64,000 nucleotides of DNA from an uncultured Acidobacteriaceae bacterium (lineage in GTDB: Bacteria; Acidobacteriota; Terriglobia; Terriglobales; Acidobacteriaceae): NCBI GenBank assembly GCA_963770555.1, contig CAVYQC010000006.1, positions 105,564 through 169,563 of the forward strand, given 5' to 3'. Every line of letters begins with the position of its first letter. The first letter of the stretch is position 1. Both the position numbers and the translations under genes were made by a program. Below are positions 9,687 through 19,528 of this stretch, piece after piece. The notes beneath the pieces are model-generated. The model did no database searches. It saw only the letters and a list, made by a program, of their open reading frames with translations, and had not been told where the DNA came from.

Positions 9687-11690
9687 ATGTCCGCAGAGAC
9701 TGTTTTCGCTGCCGCGAACCACGATCTTCACGCCTGGGATGCGGGAGGCGCGGATTCGGCCGATGCGCTTGCTGCCTGGGTGGGCGCCCGGCTGGCGCAG
9801 CACCAGGCCGCGCTTACCCGGCTGCTGGCGGTGGAGGGCCCGCGATCGCTGGAAAACACGCTGAGCCTGTACGACGCGGCCATCGAGCAACTGAATCTGG
9901 CAGGTGCGCAGGCCGGCGTATTGAATTCCGTTGCGCCGGACAAGGGCGTCCGCGACCAGGCTCAGCTCGAAGCCCAGCGCGTGGCCGTGGCAGGCAGCGC
10001 ACTGAGTCTTAACAGAGAAGTTTATGAAGCGCTGGTTGCCATCGAACTGGAAGGAGCGAGCCCGGCTACAAGACACTTTGTCGAGCGCACGCTGCTCAGC
10101 TATCGCCTGGCCGGCGTGGACAAAGACCAGGCGACGCGCGATCGTCTGCAGGCGCTGCAGGAGAAGGCCACGCGGCTCTCGCTCGAATTCAGCCGCAACA
10201 TCCAGGAGGGCGGAAAGACGATACAAGCCGCGGTAGACGAACTGGACGGCCTCCCCGCGGACTACCTGGCACGCCATCCGCTCGACGCAGAGGGAAAGGT
10301 GACGATTTCAACCGACCCTCCGGACATGCAGCCTGTGATGACCTTCGCTGCAAGCGCGGCACTGCGCGAGCGGATGTTTCTGGCCTACAATACGCGGGCT
10401 TACCCGGTGAACCGGCAGATTCTGCTCGACCTGCTGGCCACGCGGCAGGAACTCGCCAGCGTGCTTGGCTTTCGCAGTTGGGCCGACCTGGCCACGGCCG
10501 ACCAGATGATGGGCTCGGCGGCAAATGCGCGCGGTTTCCTGGCCAGGTTGGACGAGGCCAGCCGCGCAGGCGCGCTGCACGAGCACAAACTGGTCCTGGA
10601 GTTTGCGCGCGAGCGGCAGCCGCAGTTCCAGGCCATCGACATTACCAGCCGCGGCTACTGGTACGAGCAGTTCCGGCGCTCGGCATTCGACTTCGACTCG
10701 CAATCCGTGCGGCCGTACTTTCCTTATGAGCAAGTCGAGGCGGGCGTGCTGGAGACGGCGGCACGGCTTTTCCAGGTCGAGTTCCGTCCTTCGCTCGCAT
10801 CTGCGTGGCACCGCTCGGTTTCGGTCTTCGACGTCTTCGATGAAGGTGCGCACATGGGCCGGTTTTACCTGGACATGCACCCGCGCGAGGGCAAGGACAA
10901 ATGGTTTTCCGCGGCTCCGGTGGTCACCGGCGTGCGCGGGCGCGCGCTGCCCGAGGCTGCGCTGATCTGCAATTTTCCCGGCGGAGAGGCGGATGACCCC
11001 GGGCTCCTGCAATATTCCGACGTGGTTACGTACTTCCACGAGTTCGGCCATCTGATGCACGCGATTCTGGGCGGCCGGACGGAGTGGGCCGGGCTCTCAG
11101 GATTTGCGACCGAGGGCGACTTCATTGAAGTTCCCTCGCAAATGCTCGAAGAGTTCTTCCGCGACGAAAAGCTTCTTCAATCCTTCGCAAGGCACTACGA
11201 GACCGGCGAGACGCTTCCCAGCGAGCTCATCCAAAACTTGAAAAGAGCGAGCTCCTTTGGGCGCGCGGACTGGGTCCGGTCGCAGCTCTACTACACCACG
11301 CTCTCGCTCGACCTGCACGACCAGGACCCGTCGGGAATCGACCTGGATGCGATCACCAGGCGGCTCTACGAGTCCATGCAGCCGTGGACCTGGCTCGAAG
11401 GCAACCGCATGTATGCGAGCTTCGGTCACCTTACGGGTTACTCGTCGAACTATTACACCTACGCATTCGACAAAGTGATTGCGCTCGATTTCTTCGGACA
11501 GTTCGATCCCGGGGATCTGCTGGGATGCGAAGCAGGCGCGCGCTACCGCAAGGCGGTGCTGGAGCAGGGGGGCTCCAAGCCGGGGCGGCAGATGGTGCGC
11601 GATTTTCTCGGCCGCGACGAGGAGTTTGCCGCATTCACGAAATGGCTGAACGAGGAATTCGATGGCGCCCCGATCGGAGCCGCGAAATGA
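9687..11690 (+). CDS. M3 family oligopeptidase (thimet oligopeptidase-like)
   Basis: FHEFGH (HExxH), DFIEVPSQMLE, FGHLTGYSSNYYTY. Confidence 0.93.
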   Translation: MSAETVFAAANHDLHAWDAGGADSADALAAWVGARLAQHQAALTRLLAVEGPRSLENTLSLYDAAIEQLNLAGAQAGVLNSVAPDKGVRDQAQLEAQRVAVAGSALSLNREVYEALVAIELEGASPATRHFVERTLLSYRLAGVDKDQATRDRLQALQEKATRLSLEFSRNIQEGGKTIQAAVDELDGLPADYLARHPLDAEGKVTISTDPPDMQPVMTFAASAALRERMFLAYNTRAYPVNRQILLDLLATRQELASVLGFRSWADLATADQMMGSAANARGFLARLDEASRAGALHEHKLVLEFARERQPQFQAIDITSRGYWYEQFRRSAFDFDSQSVRPYFPYEQVEAGVLETAARLFQVEFRPSLASAWHRSVSVFDVFDEGAHMGRFYLDMHPREGKDKWFSAAPVVTGVRGRALPEAALICNFPGGEADDPGLLQYSDVVTYFHEFGHLMHAILGGRTEWAGLSGFATEGDFIEVPSQMLEEFFRDEKLLQSFARHYETGETLPSELIQNLKRASSFGRADWVRSQLYYTTLSLDLHDQDPSGIDLDAITRRLYESMQPWTWLEGNRMYASFGHLTGYSSNYYTYAFDKVIALDFFGQFDPGDLLGCEAGARYRKAVLEQGGSKPGRQMVRDFLGRDEEFAAFTKWLNEEFDGAPIGAAK

Positions 11691-12064
11691 AGGCTGCCGA
11701 TTTTCGCCGCATTGCTTTGAGCCTTGAAGGCGCGGAAGAGGGCTCGCACATGGGCGCGGTGGATTTCCGAGTCGGCGGACGCATCTTTGCTACGCTGGCC
11801 TCGGTGAAGGAGGGCTACGGCAACCTGATGATCACGCCCGAATTGCAGGCCGCGTTCATTGCCGACCGTCCCGATTTGTTTCTGCCTATTCATGGCGGCT
11901 GGGGCCGCATGGGCATGACGCACATCCGCCTCGCCGTGGCGGACGAAGATTCAGTGCGCGGCGCGCTGCACACCGCCTGGAAGCTGCGCGTCGAGAAGAA
12001 CAGGAATCCAAGTAAAAAGAGCGACATGAAGCCCGAAAAGAAGGGAGTCTCGAAGTCGAAATAG
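11687..12064 (+). CDS. MmcQ/YjbR family protein
   Basis: FRRIALSL..A.E.SHMG..DFRVGGRIFATL, GGWGRMG.T; ATGA overlap with the upstream gene. Confidence 0.85.
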   Translation: MKAADFRRIALSLEGAEEGSHMGAVDFRVGGRIFATLASVKEGYGNLMITPELQAAFIADRPDLFLPIHGGWGRMGMTHIRLAVADEDSVRGALHTAWKLRVEKNRNPSKKSDMKPEKKGVSKSK

Positions 12065-12081
12065 AGACGATCTCGCCGATC

Positions 12082-12099
12082 TGCTATACTTGTATAGCA
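12082..12099. promoter_or_regulatory. TA operator palindrome overlapping a -10 box
   Basis: tgctatac-tt-gtatagca perfect 8-bp inverted repeat containing TATACT, 20 bp upstream of the antitoxin ATG. Confidence 0.75.
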
Positions 12100-12119
12100 A
12101 CCTCAATGGGAGCTCCGCT

Positions 12120-12344
12120 ATGTTGGCCATCCGCCTTCCCGAAGAGATAGAAAAACGTCTGGACGCCTTGGCCAAGGCCAGCGGGCGCACCAAGACCTTC
12201 TACGCCCGCGAGGCTATCCTTGCGTACCTGGACGATCTTGAAGACTATTACATCGCCAAAGAACGACTAGCCGACATTCGCGCGGGACGCAGCACCACGG
12301 TCTCTCTTGAGGAAGTGATGAAGCGCCATGGCATGGTCGATTAA
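12120..12344 (+). CDS. Ribbon-helix-helix antitoxin (RelB/DUF6290/TraY-like)
   Basis: MLAIRLPEEIEKRLDALAKASGRTKTFYAREAI; overlaps the downstream relE-type gene. Confidence 0.88.
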   Translation: MLAIRLPEEIEKRLDALAKASGRTKTFYAREAILAYLDDLEDYYIAKERLADIRAGRSTTVSLEEVMKRHGMVD

Positions 12345-12597
12345 GTTTGACCGCAAGGCGGAACGAGAATTGGAAGATCTCGATCCCCAGATTGCCCGCA
12401 GAATCTCGCGTTTCCTCTTCGAGCGCATCGCTCCGCTCGAAAATCCACGCAGTATCGGTGAAGCGCTCAAAGGCGACGAACTCGGCGAGTTCTGGAAATA
12501 CCGCGTCGGAGATTACCGTATTATCGTCAGAATCGAAGATGAGCTCATCGAAATCCTGGTGATCCGCATTGGCAATCGCCGGGAGATCTATCGCTAG
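12328..12597 (+). CDS. relE: RelE/ParE family type II toxin
   Basis: NPRSIGEALKG..LGEFWKYRVGDYRII...IGNRREIYR. Confidence 0.9.
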   Translation: MAWSIKFDRKAERELEDLDPQIARRISRFLFERIAPLENPRSIGEALKGDELGEFWKYRVGDYRIIVRIEDELIEILVIRIGNRREIYR

Positions 12598-12706
12598 CCC
12601 ACTCCGCGCGCCGGGCTCCAAACCCAAGGAAGCGAGACGGGGTAAGCGAAATTTTAATTGAACTCTTTTCGCTTCCGGTGAATCACTTTCCAACTAGGAG
12701 GTTGGA

Positions 12707-13348
12707 ATGAAGATCGGAGTTCTCGGGTCGGGTGTTGTGGCGCAGACATTGGCGGGCGGTTTAGCGAAACACGGGCATAACGTGAAAATCGGCAGCCGGT
12801 CGCCGGAGAAGCTTGCGGAGTGGGCGGCGCAGAATCCAGGGGCGTCCACGGGCACGTTTGTCGAGTCGGCAGAGTTCGGCGAATTGTTGCTTCTCGCGGT
12901 GAAGGGCGACGCCGCATCGGAAGTGCTTCGCCTGGCTGGAGCGAAAAATCTGTCCGGAAAAGCCATTGCGGATGCGTGCAATCCGATTGCCGATGCGCCG
13001 CCGGTGAGTGGCGTGTTGTCCTTCTTTACGGGGCCGAACGATTCGCTGATGGAGCGGTTGCAGCGTGAGTTTCCCGATGCCCATCTGGTGAAAGCGTTCA
13101 ACTCGGTGGGCAGCCCGCTGATGATCGATCCCCGGTTTGAAGCGGGCAAGCCCACCATGTTCATCTGCGGCAACGATGCCGGCGCCAAAGCTACGGTAAG
13201 CGGCATCCTTGAAGAGCTGGGTTGGGAAACGGCGGATATGGGCAGCGTTGAAGCGGCGCGGGCCATCGAGCCTCTCTGCATCTTATGGTGCATTCCGGGG
13301 TTTCTGCACAACGAATGGATGCACGCGTTCAAGCTGTTGAAGCAATGA
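12707..13348 (+). CDS. NADP-dependent oxidoreductase (F420-dependent NADP reductase-like)
   Basis: KIGVLGSGVVAQ Rossmann motif, DACNP, VKAFNSV, ICGND, ARAIEP. Confidence 0.88.
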   Translation: MKIGVLGSGVVAQTLAGGLAKHGHNVKIGSRSPEKLAEWAAQNPGASTGTFVESAEFGELLLLAVKGDAASEVLRLAGAKNLSGKAIADACNPIADAPPVSGVLSFFTGPNDSLMERLQREFPDAHLVKAFNSVGSPLMIDPRFEAGKPTMFICGNDAGAKATVSGILEELGWETADMGSVEAARAIEPLCILWCIPGFLHNEWMHAFKLLKQ

Positions 13349-13411
13349 TGCGCAGCCTTAAGCCGTGCTGCTCGCCGTCCCCTATCATCCATACGTTAAG
13401 ATGGTCCCGCA

Positions 13412-14218
13412 ATGGCTGACACACAAGATTTCCGCGGCAGATGGGCGCTGGTGACGGGGGCGAGCGCGGGGATCGGCGCCGCGCTGGCGCGCGAGCTCTC
13501 CGCGCGCGGGGCGAAACTGGTTCTCACCGCGCGGCGCCGCGAGCGGCTTGAGACGCTGGCCGCGGAGCTGGGCGCGAGAGGAACCGAGACGCGCATCGTG
13601 GTTGCCGACTTGAACGATCCCGCAGCGCCAGGGCAGATTTTCGACGTGACCGAGGGCGCGGGCGTTGCAGTCGACATTCTTGTCAACAACGCGGGACTGG
13701 GCCAATACGGCAGCTTCTACTCGAACGCAGAGGAGCAGGAGCTGAGCCAGGTGCGCGTCAACTGCGAGGCGGTGGTGCGGCTTTCGCGGCTCTTCGTTGC
13801 GCGCATGGTGGAGCGGCGGCAGGGATGGGTTCTGGTTGTGGCTTCGACGGCGAGCTTTCAACCCATTCCGTATATGACCACATACGCGGCGACCAAGGTT
13901 TTCGACCGGTTTTTCGCGCTCGGGCTGGCCGCCGAAGTGGCGCGATTCGGGGTGAAAGTGACCGCGCTCTGCCCCGGGCCGACGGAGAGCGAGTTCTTCG
14001 ATGTGGCCGGCGCGGGCCTGTTCAAGAACCGCGGCGTGCAGCCGACCCCGGAGGTGGCGCGGATCGCGATCGACGCATTGGCGCGCGGCCGGCGCACCAT
14101 CATCCCGAACTTCAGCGGCAGGATCACGGCCTTCCTGGTGCGGTTCTTCCCCGTGAGCCTGATTACGCGGGTCATTGAAAAGGCGGCTCGCCCGAGTCCT
14201 TCCGCCAGCCGGAAATAA
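13412..14218 (+). CDS. SDR family oxidoreductase
   Basis: TGASAGIG, LVNNAG, YAATK (YxxxK), LCPGPT. Confidence 0.92.
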   Translation: MADTQDFRGRWALVTGASAGIGAALARELSARGAKLVLTARRRERLETLAAELGARGTETRIVVADLNDPAAPGQIFDVTEGAGVAVDILVNNAGLGQYGSFYSNAEEQELSQVRVNCEAVVRLSRLFVARMVERRQGWVLVVASTASFQPIPYMTTYAATKVFDRFFALGLAAEVARFGVKVTALCPGPTESEFFDVAGAGLFKNRGVQPTPEVARIAIDALARGRRTIIPNFSGRITAFLVRFFPVSLITRVIEKAARPSPSASRK

Positions 14219-14281
14219 TCGGGGCCACGCCGGCCCGGCGGCCCTCACCGTGTAAGAATGGCGTGGGAAGGATTCTATCCA

Positions 14282-15082
14282 ATGAAATCGGTCATTCATC
14301 GATCTTTGCAACTGCTCGCCATGGCGAGCTTCGTCTCTGTTACCGCATCGCTCTTCGCGCAGCAGCCGGCGCAGCCCAAGCCTGAAGATACGGAAGTCTG
14401 GCAGCCGGTGCCCAAAATCGTAACCCCGGGGGCGAAAGATGCAGACCCTCCTTCCGATGCGATCGTCCTGTTCGACGGCAAGAACGAAGACGAGTGGGTT
14501 TCGGCCCAGGACCACACGCCGGCGCAATGGATCGTGCACCACGGGATCCTTACGGTGCGCAAAGCGCCGGGTGTCGGCAACATCGAAACCAAGCGGAGGT
14601 TCAAGAACTACCAGCTTCACATCGAGTGGAGAATCCCTGAAGACATCACCGGCAGCGGGCAGGCCCGCGGAAACAGCGGCGTTTTTCTCGCTTCCACCGG
14701 ACCCGGTGACGCCGGGTATGAATTGCAGGTACTCGATTCCTATAACAACACCACCTACGTGAACGGCCAGGCGGGCAGCATCTATAAAGAAAGCCCTCCG
14801 CTGGTCAACCCGAACCGCAAGCCGGGCCAATGGCAGAGCTACGACGTAGTGTGGACCGCGCCCACATTCAACGACGACGGTTCGCTCAAAACTCCGGCTT
14901 ATGTCACGGTCTTCTTCAGCGGCGTGCTGGTGCAGAATCACTTTCAATTGACGGGGCAGACGCTGTATATCGGCCGGCCCTTTTACAAGAAATACGACAC
15001 CGCGCCCATCAAGCTGCAGGCGCACGGCGACAAGAGCGAGCCAATCAGCTTCAGGAACATCTGGGTGAGGGAGCTGAACTAG
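14282..15082 (+). CDS. Secreted DUF1080 (3-keto-disaccharide hydrolase-like) protein
   Basis: Signal peptide; PPSDAIVLFDG, GNSGVF, YELQVLD, GQAGSIYK, LQAHG..ISFRNIWVREL. Confidence 0.88.
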   Translation: MKSVIHRSLQLLAMASFVSVTASLFAQQPAQPKPEDTEVWQPVPKIVTPGAKDADPPSDAIVLFDGKNEDEWVSAQDHTPAQWIVHHGILTVRKAPGVGNIETKRRFKNYQLHIEWRIPEDITGSGQARGNSGVFLASTGPGDAGYELQVLDSYNNTTYVNGQAGSIYKESPPLVNPNRKPGQWQSYDVVWTAPTFNDDGSLKTPAYVTVFFSGVLVQNHFQLTGQTLYIGRPFYKKYDTAPIKLQAHGDKSEPISFRNIWVRELN

Positions 15083-15174
15083 GGGATGGGCCTCGGCAGC
15101 TTCTGCGATGGGCCGATTTTGTTGTATGCTCAAGTGGAAATCCGGGCGCAAATCGAGCCGGCCTGTATATCACC

Positions 15175-15984
15175 ATGAGCGAAGGCGATCCCCACATGGA
15201 AGAAGGCGCGTCCGGCGCCGACGGCGGTGACGGTTCCCGGCAAGCCAGCGCCGAGCTGGTGAAGATCGACGGCGTGACAAAGTCATTCGGTACGAAAGTG
15301 GCCGTCAAGAACGTCTCGTTCGCTGTTCCATCCGGACAGATCTGCGGACTGCTCGGCCCCAATGGCGCCGGGAAAACGACGCTATTCCGCCTGCTGATGG
15401 GAATCCTCAAAGCGACAGAAGGAAGCCTGCTGGTCGACGGCCGCGACGCGTTCGAGGACCGCGTGGAGGTCAAACGCCTGATCGGATTCCTGCCCGACGA
15501 GCCTATCTTTTATTCCTACCTGTCGGGGCGGGAGCTGCTGGAGTTGAGCGCGGCCATGCACGGACTGGACGTGCGTGCGACCATGGCGCGAATCACGCCG
15601 GTGATTGCCAGACTGCGGCTGGCCGAGGACATCGACAATTACGCCGAGGACTACTCGCGCGGCATGAAGAAGAAGCTCGGGCTTCTGCTGGCCATGTTGC
15701 ACGAGCCCAAGCTGCTGGTGCTCGACGAGCCTACCAACGGGCTGGATGTGGAATCGACGCGTCTGTTCTACGATCTGATTTTTGAAACGGCGCGGCAGGG
15801 AACCACGGTCCTGTTTTCGACGCACCTGATGGATCACGTAACCCGGCTCTGTTCCCACGCCGTCATCATCAATGAAGGAACGCTGGTTGCGAACGGATCT
15901 CTGAGCGAACTGTGCGCCACGTTCGGCGAAACCAGCCTGGAAGAGATCTTTCTGAAATTGACAGCCAGGCCGCCACAGGAATGA
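15175..15984 (+). CDS. ABC transporter ATP-binding protein
   Basis: GPNGAGKTT Walker A, YSRGMKKK signature, LDEPTNGLD Walker B, STH; exact start codon uncertain. Confidence 0.93.
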   Translation: MSEGDPHMEEGASGADGGDGSRQASAELVKIDGVTKSFGTKVAVKNVSFAVPSGQICGLLGPNGAGKTTLFRLLMGILKATEGSLLVDGRDAFEDRVEVKRLIGFLPDEPIFYSYLSGRELLELSAAMHGLDVRATMARITPVIARLRLAEDIDNYAEDYSRGMKKKLGLLLAMLHEPKLLVLDEPTNGLDVESTRLFYDLIFETARQGTTVLFSTHLMDHVTRLCSHAVIINEGTLVANGSLSELCATFGETSLEEIFLKLTARPPQE

Positions 15985-18569
15985 AAAGCGATTCCAAGGG
16001 TGCAACCGGTTTCTGGAGAGTGGTTCGGCTGCTTCTTGGCGCGGCGCGAAAACGCTCTTCAGGGCGGCGAAGACGGCAACAGGAGCTGCTTCGCAATCGC
16101 AGCGGCGGCAAATCCGCCGATTGGAGCAGATTCGGCTTCGGGTTCGCCATTCTCTTCATGATCGTTCTCAACGTCCTTGCGGCATTTGCCGTGCGTGTGG
16201 CCGTCAGTTCCGGTCAACGGATTGAAGCCGAGCGTGAGGGGAAGATCGTTGTCAGCGCCTCGTTCCTGAGAGCGGTAGGAGGCACGCAAACACCGCCGGA
16301 GAGCCCATTCGACTTGGGCGACACGCCGGTTGAGCCCGACTACTCAATGGAGGCGAGACGCATCGCCAACGAGTATGGGGGCGCGCGGGGGGCCATTGAG
16401 CAGAGGCTGCGCGACGCGGTGCATCTCGACGGCGCCCGCAATTTGATTTCCGTCCGTGAAGCATCTCCCGGAATCGCCGCCCTGGGCAGAACCGGTCCAA
16501 TTCCGGCGATGCTCGGCTCGGTGTTTCTTTTCTGGTGGGCAGTGATGCTGGTTTTTCAGGGTGAGGGCCTGGAGCTCGATCTGCAGCGGCGCAGGCACCC
16601 CATGTGGGAATGGTTGTTCAGCCATCCAGTCCCGTCCGGCGCGATTTTCCTGGCGGAGATGCTTTCACCCATCGCCGCGAATCCCATTTACTGGGGCGGC
16701 CCGTTATTTGCGGGCATTTTGTATGGCTCTGTTTACGGCCCGGGCCTCGGCCTGCTGGCGGTGATGCTGATCGGCGTACCAGCCACCATCGCTGCCGCGT
16801 GCCTGGGGAAGGCGCTGGAAATCGGCGTTATCCTGCGCTTTTCGCCGCGCACGCGGGGAGCCATGATCGGGCTGATGAGCTGGCTGGGCTATGCCTCGAT
16901 GATGCTGCTCTTCATAGGCCTGTTCGTTATTCCCAAGCTGGTCGGCTCGGCCAGCCGAATCCTGCCCGTTTTTGCGTGGCTGCCATGGCCTTGGCTGCAA
17001 TGGTTCCTGGGCGGACGAACGGACGGCAGTTTCCTGTTTCCGTCAGGCTTGCTCGCCTGCTGGATCGCTGCCGGCATAACGATCGCCGGCGCGGTGAGGT
17101 TCAGTGTGTGGGGCGCGCAACAGGGACTGAGCGGGAACCTTGCTTCAACCAGCCCGGGACCCTCCGCATCGAGAAAGGGAGCGGCACGATTCGGCAAAGA
17201 ACCGCTCTATCGCAAGGAGTTTCTCTGGTTCGCGCGCGACCGCAGCGCCATCGTTCAGACCATCCTGATTCCGCTTACGGTGGCCGGGGTTCAGGTGTTC
17301 AATCTGCGCGGAGTGCTGAGCCATGCCGAGGGCGCCTGGAATTATCTTTGCGGCGCGGGCATCTTCTTCGGAACGTATTTTCTTTGGATCCTGGGGCCGA
17401 AATCGCTTACGTCGGAAGGTTCGGCGCTGTGGATCGCGCTGACCTGGCCCAGGGGATTGGAGAGCCTGCTCAAGGCCAAAGCGTGGCTGTGGTCGCTTCT
17501 CTCATCGGGCCTGGTGGCCCTGGTGCTCGGATACGCATGTTTTCTGTTTCCGGCCGACATCTGGAAGATTGCGCTGGTGGGGGTGGGGTGGTTTTTCTTT
17601 TCCCGAAGCATGGCCGAAAAATCGGTGACCCTGGTTACGGTGACTTCGTCGAGCGGCGAAGCGGAAAAGATCCCCTGGGGACGGCGCTGGGCGGCGCAGC
17701 TCGGCATGCTCACTTTCTCGATCGGTGTGCTGACCAACCAGTGGCATATCGCCTTCATGGGGATTGTATATTCCTTCGTCACGGCGGCTGCGATGTGGGA
17801 GAACTTCCGCGCCCGGCTGCCTTACCTTTACGATCCATGGTCGGAAAAAGTGCCGCCGCCGCCCACGCTGATGCACGCCATGATTGCGATCAGCATTCTG
17901 GTCGAGGGCGGGGCGGTGTTGACCGGCCTGGCATTGCTGGCCGTGGGACGCGAAAACCTGGCCATGGCGCAGGCTTTGAGTTATGGCGTGTGCGCTGTCG
18001 CCGTCTCCATCGGAACAGCGCATTTCCTCAAGAAACGCGAAGTCTCTCTCTCAGCCGTCTGGCGCTGGCGAGCGGATGCGCAACCCCAGAACCCGGAACG
18101 CCAGGATGCGGAGCGATGGTGGCGCGGATTCGGATTGGGAGGGAGCGCGATGGTTCCGGCGCTCTTAGCGGGCGCGTGCGGCGGGCTGGCGCTGGGTTTG
18201 CTCGCACATGGCTACCTCGCCCTTTTAGGTCATATTCCCGCTGCCGCGGAGCTGATCCGCAAGTCGCAGGAGCAGATGGCAAACATTCCGGATTTGCGTA
18301 TCTGGTACGCGGTAATGGCGGTGGGCTTCGCTCCATTTGCCGAAGAGTACCTGTTTCGCGGATTGCTCTTCAGGGCCTTGGATCGCGAGTGGGGCGGATG
18401 GAAGGCGGTGGCCGGCAGCGCGGCCTTCTTTGCCATTTACCATCCTCCGCTTGCATGGGCGCCGGTGGCGCTGCTGGGCGCAACCAACGCGCTGCTGTTC
18501 AAAAAGACCGGCCGTCTGCTGCCGGCAGTGATTCTGCACATGGTGTACAACATCGTGGTCTTATCGTGA
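15981..18569 (+). CDS. Polytopic ABC-exporter permease fused to a C-terminal CPBP (CAAX/Abi) intramembrane protease
   Basis: Many TM segments, LYRKEFLWFARD permease-like motif, and C-terminal EEYLFRG / FAIYH / HMVYN CPBP motifs; ATGA overlap with the ATPase. Confidence 0.82.
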   Translation: MKSDSKGATGFWRVVRLLLGAARKRSSGRRRRQQELLRNRSGGKSADWSRFGFGFAILFMIVLNVLAAFAVRVAVSSGQRIEAEREGKIVVSASFLRAVGGTQTPPESPFDLGDTPVEPDYSMEARRIANEYGGARGAIEQRLRDAVHLDGARNLISVREASPGIAALGRTGPIPAMLGSVFLFWWAVMLVFQGEGLELDLQRRRHPMWEWLFSHPVPSGAIFLAEMLSPIAANPIYWGGPLFAGILYGSVYGPGLGLLAVMLIGVPATIAAACLGKALEIGVILRFSPRTRGAMIGLMSWLGYASMMLLFIGLFVIPKLVGSASRILPVFAWLPWPWLQWFLGGRTDGSFLFPSGLLACWIAAGITIAGAVRFSVWGAQQGLSGNLASTSPGPSASRKGAARFGKEPLYRKEFLWFARDRSAIVQTILIPLTVAGVQVFNLRGVLSHAEGAWNYLCGAGIFFGTYFLWILGPKSLTSEGSALWIALTWPRGLESLLKAKAWLWSLLSSGLVALVLGYACFLFPADIWKIALVGVGWFFFSRSMAEKSVTLVTVTSSSGEAEKIPWGRRWAAQLGMLTFSIGVLTNQWHIAFMGIVYSFVTAAAMWENFRARLPYLYDPWSEKVPPPPTLMHAMIAISILVEGGAVLTGLALLAVGRENLAMAQALSYGVCAVAVSIGTAHFLKKREVSLSAVWRWRADAQPQNPERQDAERWWRGFGLGGSAMVPALLAGACGGLALGLLAHGYLALLGHIPAAAELIRKSQEQMANIPDLRIWYAVMAVGFAPFAEEYLFRGLLFRALDREWGGWKAVAGSAAFFAIYHPPLAWAPVALLGATNALLFKKTGRLLPAVILHMVYNIVVLS

Positions 18570-18601
18570 GCGCGCGGAACGAGCCGTCGATGAGGCTAAG
18601 C

Positions 18602-19243
18602 CTAGGCGTAGACGTTCACACTCGCGCCGCTGCCGGCGTTCCCGGCGCTCGCTGAGACGCTTGACGATGAGTTCGAAGCGGCGCTGGCGGCCGTGCTTCC
18701 GGTTGCGGAAGAGCTGCCCGAGGCAACGTCGCCGTATTGGCTCTCAAGCAGCGCGAGGTCGGGATCGGTTGCGTTGGAGGAGGTGCTCAATCCATAGGCG
18801 CTGTCGAGAATCGAAGTGGCGGGATCGACGGGCTCAGAAGACGAGCCGCTCGAACCGGAGAAATTCAGCAACTCGTCGACCCAGCCCACGGTCTGCGCCA
18901 CGGCGCTCTCCGCGCTTTGAACGGCCTGCGAGGGCGTGTTCTTCAGATCGTTCTGGACGGTTGTGAAGGCCTGTTGCGCCGATGTCACGTCGCCCGAGCC
19001 GATGGCTGTTCCGAGCGCGGTCATATCGGCGGCAAGCTGCGTGCTTGAATTCGAACTGCTGCCGGACCCGGTAAGGTTCTGGCTGAGTTGCTGGTAGGTG
19101 TTGAAGGCAGTCTGCGCGGCGGTCAGGTTGCCCGAGGCGATGTTCTGCTGGAGCGATTGCCACGCCTGCTGCGATGCGCCCACATTGCTGGTAAGCGCAA
19201 CATACTGCGAAAATCCCGCCGTCGATAGAGCTGCAATCGACAT
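18602..19243 (-). CDS. Ser/Ala/Thr-rich hypothetical protein ending in GASVNVYA
   Basis: Coherent ORF with internal repeats (GNLTAAQTAF / GDVTSAQQAF) and a terminal V-N-V-Y-A motif. Confidence 0.7.
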   Translation of the reverse strand: MSIAALSTAGFSQYVALTSNVGASQQAWQSLQQNIASGNLTAAQTAFNTYQQLSQNLTGSGSSSNSSTQLAADMTALGTAIGSGDVTSAQQAFTTVQNDLKNTPSQAVQSAESAVAQTVGWVDELLNFSGSSGSSSEPVDPATSILDSAYGLSTSSNATDPDLALLESQYGDVASGSSSATGSTAASAASNSSSSVSASAGNAGSGASVNVYA

Positions 19244-19528
19244 TTTCACGCCAATCCGGGAGCCGGAGCTTCGCTCCCTTATCTCTTGCGTCATCGGCAC
19301 TCAGGGAGATTCCGCGAGCCAATTGCATCGTTTGCCAAGGCACCAAAGTAAGCGGCCATCGGCTGGCGGGCTAACGCACCATTCGCTCGATCGGAACCCA
19401 TTCCCCGCTGCGTCAGGCGGCAAGTGTGCGTGTTTTTCATACACCCCCCGAGATTTGTTTGATATCGTTATCTTCACCTTAAAGTTCCAACCCAATTGGA
19501 ATCCGTGTGCAGTGGGGGAAGCAAGAAG

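Noticed and set aside
13385-15151. 588-aa minus-strand ORF
   Set aside because: Antisense to the SDR and DUF1080 genes, which have clear family motifs
16604-18655. 683-aa alternative-frame ORF within the permease-CPBP gene
   Set aside because: Arg/Gly/Pro-rich off-frame translation with no domain signal; no evidence of a frameshift
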